From a virus (Duplodnaviria; Caudoviricetes), in IMG/VR virus record IMGVR_UViG_3300017913_001781, positions 32,001 through 96,000 of that record: a stretch of DNA of 64,000 nt. One strand, written 5' to 3'. Numbering within the stretch: the first letter of the stretch is position 1; every line of letters starts with the position of its first letter. The notes beneath the pieces are model-generated. The model saw only the letters and a list, made by a program, of their open reading frames with translations. It was not told where the DNA came from and ran no database searches. The translations under genes and the position numbers were made by a program. Shown one piece after another: positions 58,683 through 64,000 of this stretch.

Positions 58683-58738
58683 AAAAGGATATATAGAAAT
58701 GGATCCAATGTCGGATTTACTAAAAAATTATTAAAGAT

Positions 58739-58966
58739 ATGTTTTTAACTAAAGAACAAATTTTCGGTCTAATTAGACATGGCTTAACTGCGCTTGGCGG
58801 TGCTTTAGTCGCAAAGGGCGTTATTGATGAAGCTGGTCTAACTGAAGCTGTAGGTGCATTGGTTACTTTAATCGGTGTTGTTTGGTCAGCTGCTGACAAA
58901 AAAGGTCAGCCACAGGTGGAAGGAGCTGAAGCTGCTACTACTAAAGAGGAGGTCGGAAAGGAATAA
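58739..58966 (+). CDS. Putative holin (two TM helices)
   Basis: 'GLIRHGLTALGGALVAKG...VGALVTLIGVVWS'; GATATATA upstream and terminator downstream. Confidence 0.7.
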   Translation: MFLTKEQIFGLIRHGLTALGGALVAKGVIDEAGLTEAVGALVTLIGVVWSAADKKGQPQVEGAEAATTKEEVGKE

Positions 58967-58987
58967 TTTAATTAATTCCACAGGAAT

Positions 58988-59019
58988 AAAGAGAGGCACT
59001 AACGTGCCCCTCTTTTTTT
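58988..59019 (+). terminator. Rho-independent terminator
   Basis: aaagagaggcac-taac-gtgcccctcttttttt. Confidence 0.75.
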
Positions 59020-59020
59020 A

Positions 59021-59050
59021 TGAAACAAAGCGTAGTTTTTAAGGTAAAAA
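59021..59050 (+). promoter_or_regulatory. Putative middle promoter TGAAAC-N18-TAAAAA upstream of the clamp/polymerase operon
   Basis: Recurrent motif immediately after a terminator. Confidence 0.55.
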
Positions 59051-59067
59051 GAATAAATTAATTCAAC

Positions 59068-59817
59068 ATGAAACTAGTAGTTAATCGTATTGACCAACAC
59101 GCGCTTTCCTCATTTATTAATCGAGTTAAGCTTATTGATTCTTTCATTTATATGAAAATGGATCAAAATCGTACAACGTCTGCAGTCTATCTTCCACAGC
59201 GAGACGCAGTTAAGTATCACTCAGTTGAGACAAATCATTTGTTTCAAATTGATGAAGCATCTTGGACTCAAGGTGATAAAGAAATGAAGATTGCGTTCTT
59301 CGATGGAGGTAAAGTCATTGAAGCCATTAAGCACTTTGAAAGTGATGCTATTCAAGGTGAAATTGAGTTTGTAGAAAATGAAGAAGACTTTGTAGCTTCT
59401 ACCTTCCGCATTTTTAACGATGAACTCGAGATTACTCTTGCATGTTCTGAGCCTTCTCTTGGTTACAAAGATCTAACCAAAGATCAAATCTCTGCCATCT
59501 TTAGTAAAGACGGAAGTAAGTTTAACTTTGAACTCGACACTCACATGATCGGTAAAGTAAAAAATCTGTTTGGCCTTGATAAAGATGAGACATTCTCTAT
59601 TAATGCAAACGGTAGTGGAGTTAATGTTAAGGGTAAGACATTTAGTGTTGTTATCAACCCGGAATCAACGGGTAATGGCGACGTAACGGTTTACAAAAAG
59701 TATTTGTCCCTACTTGACAAAGAAGAACAAAATGTTTATGTGTCTGATTCAAAGGTAGTGTTCTCGTCTAACGAGTCTGAAACACTGCTAACAATCTCTA
59801 CTTGTCAGACTGCATAA
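59068..59817 (+). CDS. Putative sliding clamp (gp45-like)
   Basis: 249 aa, two-domain alpha/beta pattern; directly upstream of the polymerase C-terminal subunit. Confidence 0.55.
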   Translation: MKLVVNRIDQHALSSFINRVKLIDSFIYMKMDQNRTTSAVYLPQRDAVKYHSVETNHLFQIDEASWTQGDKEMKIAFFDGGKVIEAIKHFESDAIQGEIEFVENEEDFVASTFRIFNDELEITLACSEPSLGYKDLTKDQISAIFSKDGSKFNFELDTHMIGKVKNLFGLDKDETFSINANGSGVNVKGKTFSVVINPESTGNGDVTVYKKYLSLLDKEEQNVYVSDSKVVFSSNESETLLTISTCQTA

Positions 59818-59818
59818 T

Positions 59819-61024
59819 ATGAATGTAGAACTACTAGAAGAAAAAGCGATTGAAGAGCTTTCTCCTGATGAGGGGAAAGCTCTCGTCGCACATTATGAGC
59901 AGCTAGCTGCTAAATATACGGCATATGAACAGGCTGTAAAACTTTCTTTGAATAGTATTTATGGAGCATTTGGTAATAAATGGTTTCACTTCTTTGATAT
60001 TAATATCGCAGAATCCATTACTTTACAAGGTCAAAATGCAATTCTTTATTCTGAAACTATACTCAATAAGTATTTTCACGATTTCTTTTATAAAGATAAA
60101 CCAGTACACGATCACTTAAACATAAGCGTTAGATATAAATTGGAAAGACCTTCAGTTATCTACATTGATACTGATTCGTGTTATGTCCAATTTGAAGAAA
60201 TGTATAATTCAATTGATTGGCACGGAGATAAGCTTACAATTGATGAGTTTATTTTAGAAATATATGATTTTAGACTTAGGGATTACATCGTTAAGTGTAT
60301 GGAAAAATACGCTAAGCTAAGAAATACTGATAATTTTCTTGCATTTGAATTAGAGACTATTGCTTACAATGGTATTTGGATGAGTAAGAAGAAGTACATT
60401 CAAAACATTGCATGGGACGATAAGCTTGAAACAACAGATCGACATCCTTCTCTTAAAAAGGTCAAAACAATCGGTTTTGATACTATTCAATCGTCAACTC
60501 CTAAGTTTGCTCGTGAAAAGTTGGTTGAAGCACTTAAGATTCTATTTAAGAAACAAGATAAGCCTTCGCCAGAAGATCTACAGGAGTTGGTTCAATTCAT
60601 GAAAGAAACCAAAAAGCAATTTAAGCTTTGTAATGTCGATGATATTTCATTCAATAAAAGAACTAACAATATTGACAAGTATATCGTTGATGATCAAATC
60701 GAGCTTCAGTTTGGCCTAAAGTGTCCGCCAAACGTAAAAGCTGCAGGTTACTACAACTATTTGCTTAATCAAAATAAAAAGTACAAGAATAAGTATCGCT
60801 TGATTGGTAATGGTGAAAAACTTAAGATTTATCACTGTGCTGATACAGCATTGAGCGATATGTTCTCATATTTACCGGGAGATTATCCTTATGAGTTTGC
60901 TCCACCTGTTGATTACGATGTGCAATTTGAAAAGTGCATGATTGATCCACTTAATAGAGTACTTAAGGCTATTGGTCTTCAAAAATTGGACACTAACCTA
61001 ATTTACGCAACAGCACTATTTTAA
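59819..61024 (+). CDS. Family B DNA polymerase, C-terminal subunit (motifs B and C, thumb)
   Basis: 'KLSLNSIYGAFGN', 'ITLQGQ', 'YIDTDS', 'KKKY', 'SSTP'; C-terminal clamp-binding-like 'ALF'. Confidence 0.93.
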   Translation: MNVELLEEKAIEELSPDEGKALVAHYEQLAAKYTAYEQAVKLSLNSIYGAFGNKWFHFFDINIAESITLQGQNAILYSETILNKYFHDFFYKDKPVHDHLNISVRYKLERPSVIYIDTDSCYVQFEEMYNSIDWHGDKLTIDEFILEIYDFRLRDYIVKCMEKYAKLRNTDNFLAFELETIAYNGIWMSKKKYIQNIAWDDKLETTDRHPSLKKVKTIGFDTIQSSTPKFAREKLVEALKILFKKQDKPSPEDLQELVQFMKETKKQFKLCNVDDISFNKRTNNIDKYIVDDQIELQFGLKCPPNVKAAGYYNYLLNQNKKYKNKYRLIGNGEKLKIYHCADTALSDMFSYLPGDYPYEFAPPVDYDVQFEKCMIDPLNRVLKAIGLQKLDTNLIYATALF

Positions 61025-61025
61025 T

Positions 61026-61193
61026 ATGGATTTACAAGAATTAGAACAACTAGTACTCAAGTACCCAAACAACATGGAATTGGGCCAAGTCATTAGAATG
61101 ATGTACTATGAGAAGAAGAAGGCTCTCGAAAGTCAAAATATGGTCAAGGGCCAATTAAACTTATTCAATGGATCTCAGCAAATTAACTCCTGA
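61026..61193 (+). CDS. Small hypothetical protein (55 aa; YPNNMELG motif)
   Basis: Not in the ORF track; open frame MDLQELEQLVLKYPNNMELGQVIR... Confidence 0.6.
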   Translation: MDLQELEQLVLKYPNNMELGQVIRMMYYEKKKALESQNMVKGQLNLFNGSQQINS

Positions 61194-61341
61194 TCAGGTT
61201 AAAATTATAACTAAATACAAGAGAATCCATGATGAATTGGGCTCTATTGAAAGGGATATAAAGAAACTAAACGAACGTTCTCGAGTATTAATAGAAGAAC
61301 TACAACAATTAAGAGATTACGAACAGTCTCTAGAAAAATAA
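61168..61341 (+). CDS. Small coiled-coil protein (57 aa)
   Basis: Not in the ORF track; MDLSKLTPDQVKIITKYKRIHDEL... Confidence 0.55.
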   Translation: MDLSKLTPDQVKIITKYKRIHDELGSIERDIKKLNERSRVLIEELQQLRDYEQSLEK

Positions 61342-61348
61342 TAAAAAT

Positions 61349-62461
61349 ATGGCAAAGAAAAAAGAATTTAGCTTCGATGATATTAACAGCGAACTAGCTA
61401 ATCTAAATCCATTGGGCTCTGTTATGGAGCAATCTAATTTTAGTGAAGTTACCGAATGGATTGACACTGGTAACTATCATTTAAATGCATGTATTTCAGG
61501 TTCTCTTTTTGGAGGATGGCCAAACAATAGATCTTGTTCAGTCGCTGGACCCTCAGGAACTGGTAAAACATTCTTGGTTTTAAACTCAATTAAGCGAGCA
61601 ATTGATATGGGTTATAGCATTATTTACTATGATTCTGAGGCTGCAGTTGATAAGTCAACTATGACTAAGTTTGGTATTGATACGACTAAGGTTAACTATC
61701 AGCCTGTCAATACGGTTCAAGAATTTAGACAATCAGTTACGACTATTACTCGTCGTATGCAAGAGGCCAAAAGAGATGGAGCCGATATTCCAAAGGTTAT
61801 GATTATTCTTGACTCGGCAGGTAACTTGGCAACTCAAAAAGAGATTGATGACGCAGTGTCCGGTAATGAAAAGGCTGACATGACTCGGTCTAAGATTCTT
61901 AAGTCTATCTTTAGAATCATTATGACACCTATGGCTGACCTTAAGATTCCATTTATTTTTACAAATCATACATACCAAACGCAAGACTTTATTTCACGCC
62001 AAGTCGCTGGCGGTGGAACTGGACCAGAATATGCAGCGTCTATTGTTCTATTCTTGAATAAAGCACAGCTTAAAGACTCAAGTGGAGATAAAGCCGGTAT
62101 TATTGTAACAGCAAAACCAAATAAGAATCGCTTTGCTAAGCCGCAAAACATTAAGTTTCACTTACACTATACGGAAGGTATGAATCGCTTTGTTGGTCTT
62201 GAAAACTATATTGACTGGGAAGACATCGGCATCACTAAGGGCGTAATTGAAAAAGGAAAAAAGGTTCCTAAAAAGACAGCCCGAGGTTGGATTTGCAAGC
62301 ATCTTGATGAGACGGTTCCTAATTCTGAGTTTTTCAGTGAAAAAGTATTTACACAAGAGATTCTACAAAAGATTGATGAGAAAATTCACGATCTATTTAA
62401 CTACAGTACAAATACTGAAATTGATGTAGATGAGTTAATCGAAGCCGAAGATGCGAATTAA
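61349..62461 (+). CDS. uvsX: RecA-like recombinase UvsX
   Basis: 'IDTGNYHLNACISG', Walker A 'GPSGTGKT', 'YDSE', 'LDSAGNL', 'TNHTY', 'GGG'. Confidence 0.93.
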   Translation: MAKKKEFSFDDINSELANLNPLGSVMEQSNFSEVTEWIDTGNYHLNACISGSLFGGWPNNRSCSVAGPSGTGKTFLVLNSIKRAIDMGYSIIYYDSEAAVDKSTMTKFGIDTTKVNYQPVNTVQEFRQSVTTITRRMQEAKRDGADIPKVMIILDSAGNLATQKEIDDAVSGNEKADMTRSKILKSIFRIIMTPMADLKIPFIFTNHTYQTQDFISRQVAGGGTGPEYAASIVLFLNKAQLKDSSGDKAGIIVTAKPNKNRFAKPQNIKFHLHYTEGMNRFVGLENYIDWEDIGITKGVIEKGKKVPKKTARGWICKHLDETVPNSEFFSEKVFTQEILQKIDEKIHDLFNYSTNTEIDVDELIEAEDAN

Positions 62462-62750
62462 TGAGGATAAGCTGCCAATAAAGTACATCCTCGGTATAGA
62501 ATCAACGCTCGAAGGTTATCCAACTGGACTAGATGTTTTGTATCACGAGGTGACTTTATGTCAAAGACACCCTGACAGATATAAAGGTAAGTTTACGCTT
62601 CATGCGTTAAACAAGTATCATTTCCCTGATACAACAAAGGAGCATCTCAAGACTTCTATTGAGGATCTCTTAAATGAAGGATTGATTGAACAAGTCAATC
62701 AAGAAGAAGGTAAGGAGTCATATAAAATACTAATAAATCCATTTGAATAA
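62451..62750 (+). CDS. Hypothetical protein (winged-helix-like)
   Basis: 99 aa; 'IEDLLNEGLIEQ...YKI'. Confidence 0.6.
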   Translation: MRINEDKLPIKYILGIESTLEGYPTGLDVLYHEVTLCQRHPDRYKGKFTLHALNKYHFPDTTKEHLKTSIEDLLNEGLIEQVNQEEGKESYKILINPFE

Positions 62751-64000
62751 TGCAGTTCGGTCAAGACTTTGAAAAGACATTCTTTAGGCTTTCACTTGAA
62801 AAGCCTAAGTATTTGCAGTCTATTAAGACAGGATTCTACACGTCTGATGAGATTGATACGTTAAGTTATTTGGCCAATGCATTTTACGCTAAGTTTAACG
62901 AGACCCCAACGAAGGATCAACTTAAGCTTCTTATTCAAAGGTCAGATAAAGCTAGAGAAAAGGTAAGTGATGATATCTTAAACATGATATTTGATGTTGA
63001 CCTTGATCAATACGATGAAGAATGGCTTTCAGGTACGGCAGAATCATGGATTAAGTGGAGAAACTTTGACACATCTCTTATTGATACTATTGAGTTTATT
63101 AAGACAACTAAGGTAACTCCAGAGAATGCTGAGTCAATTATTACCAAAGTTAAGGGTCTTATCAATGATCGTAATAATCTTAACTTTAACTCTGACCTTG
63201 GTCTTGACTTCTTTGATGTAGAATCGCACTCGCAAAGAGAAGAAGAAAAGGTTTCTACTGGTTACAACTTCTTAGATAGAGTTTTAGGAGGTGGTTATGA
63301 TAAAGGCGGAAATCTAATCGTTTATGCAGGTGAGCAAAACATTGGTAAGTCAATTTACTTGGCCAATGATGCAGCTAACTTTGTTAAGATGGGTACAAAT
63401 ACAGCTGTAATTACTGCCGAAATGGCAGCTCATAAGTTCGTCAAGCGTATTGGCGCTAATCTACTTAGTGTACCTATCAATGACTATGCTGAGAAGGCCA
63501 AGAACTCTGAATACATTAAGAGAAGACTAGAAACTGTGGGTGATGGATTCACTCCTCCTGGTCAACTATTTGTTAAGCAATTTCCAACTTCTCAAGCTAC
63601 GGTTCTTGATATTGAAGCTTATCTAAATCAAATCGAGGAGGAGAGGCAAATTAAGTTAGGCGCCGTAGTTATTGACTATATCAATATTTTGGCTAACTAT
63701 AGAAACCAAAATACTGAAAACACATATATGAAAATTAAACAGATCGCAGAGGATTTGAGAGCTATGGGTATCAGAAACAATTGGCTTATAGTTACAGCTA
63801 CTCAAATTACGCGATCTGGTTATAACGCATCTGATATTACCATGACAGATATCGCAGAATCAGCAGGCTTGTCACATACAGCAGACGTTATGTTAGGTAT
63901 TATTCAAGATGACCTAATGAGAGCGAGCGAGGAATATTGGTTAAAGATCTTGAAGATTAGAGATGGAGAAGGTAAAGGCGTCAAATGTAAGTTGAATATT
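62750..64000 (+). CDS. Replicative helicase, gp41/DnaB-like (runs off the window end)
   Basis: Not in the ORF track; MQFGQDFEK..., Walker A 'GEQNIGKS', 'AEM', 'IDYINIL', 'TATQITRSG', 'DIAESAG'. Confidence 0.92.
   Translation, partial: MQFGQDFEKTFFRLSLEKPKYLQSIKTGFYTSDEIDTLSYLANAFYAKFNETPTKDQLKLLIQRSDKAREKVSDDILNMIFDVDLDQYDEEWLSGTAESWIKWRNFDTSLIDTIEFIKTTKVTPENAESIITKVKGLINDRNNLNFNSDLGLDFFDVESHSQREEEKVSTGYNFLDRVLGGGYDKGGNLIVYAGEQNIGKSIYLANDAANFVKMGTNTAVITAEMAAHKFVKRIGANLLSVPINDYAEKAKNSEYIKRRLETVGDGFTPPGQLFVKQFPTSQATVLDIEAYLNQIEEERQIKLGAVVIDYINILANYRNQNTENTYMKIKQIAEDLRAMGIRNNWLIVTATQITRSGYNASDITMTDIAESAGLSHTADVMLGIIQDDLMRASEEYWLKILKIRDGEGKGVKCKLNI

Noticed and set aside
55560-59900. Split intein or intron joining the polymerase halves
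   Set aside because: No Cys/Ser-start or His-Asn-end intein motifs at the junctions, and the intervening DNA holds ordinary genes
447-62356. Short minus-strand ORFs and alternative-frame + ORFs in the track
   Set aside because: All lie within longer, motif-bearing + strand genes and have no recognisable motifs; treated as shadow ORFs
1-64000. Alternative genetic code (stop-codon reassignment)
   Set aside because: Genes are full-length and densely packed under the standard code; TAG and TGA act as real stops

Overview
This 64 kb window is a segment of a large, AT-rich T4-like (myovirus-type) phage genome. All credible genes are on the + strand and use the standard code. The host is probably in the Bacteroidota; this is inferred from the lack of Shine-Dalgarno motifs, A-rich leaders and TAnnTTTG-like early promoters. 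Gene order: (1) 1-34.3 kb, baseplate/tail/neck structural module (gp5-, gp13-, gp25-, gp6-like genes, giant fibre proteins, collagen fibre, tail-tube-like gene), interrupted by a four-domain ribosomal protein S1 homologue and an amidoligase. (2) 34.6-39.8 kb, RuvC-like resolvase, gp32 SSB, gp61 primase, UvsY, UvsW. (3) 39.8-47.4 kb, a late block of proteins carrying T4 capsid-targeting-like motifs and [ILV]-x-E protease sites, including apparent polyproteins and an RNA-ligase-fold/nucleotidyltransferase pair. (4) 47.4-49.1 kb, small early genes. (5) 49.1-54.2 kb, a likely DNA base hypermodification operon (DUF6378-like, SGNH, two aGPT-Pplase/amino acid:DNA transferase-like genes, PLP enzyme, dUTPase). 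(6) 54.2-64 kb, a family B DNA polymerase split into two genes that flank nrdB, nrdA, a holin and the clamp, followed by UvsX and the gp41 helicase. Three candidate promoter classes can be read from the sequence: RATATATA (late), TGAAAC-N17/18-TAWAA (middle) and GTATATTAGA (early). No tRNA, CRISPR array, intron or intein was seen. All family assignments come from motif recognition by eye, not database searches.
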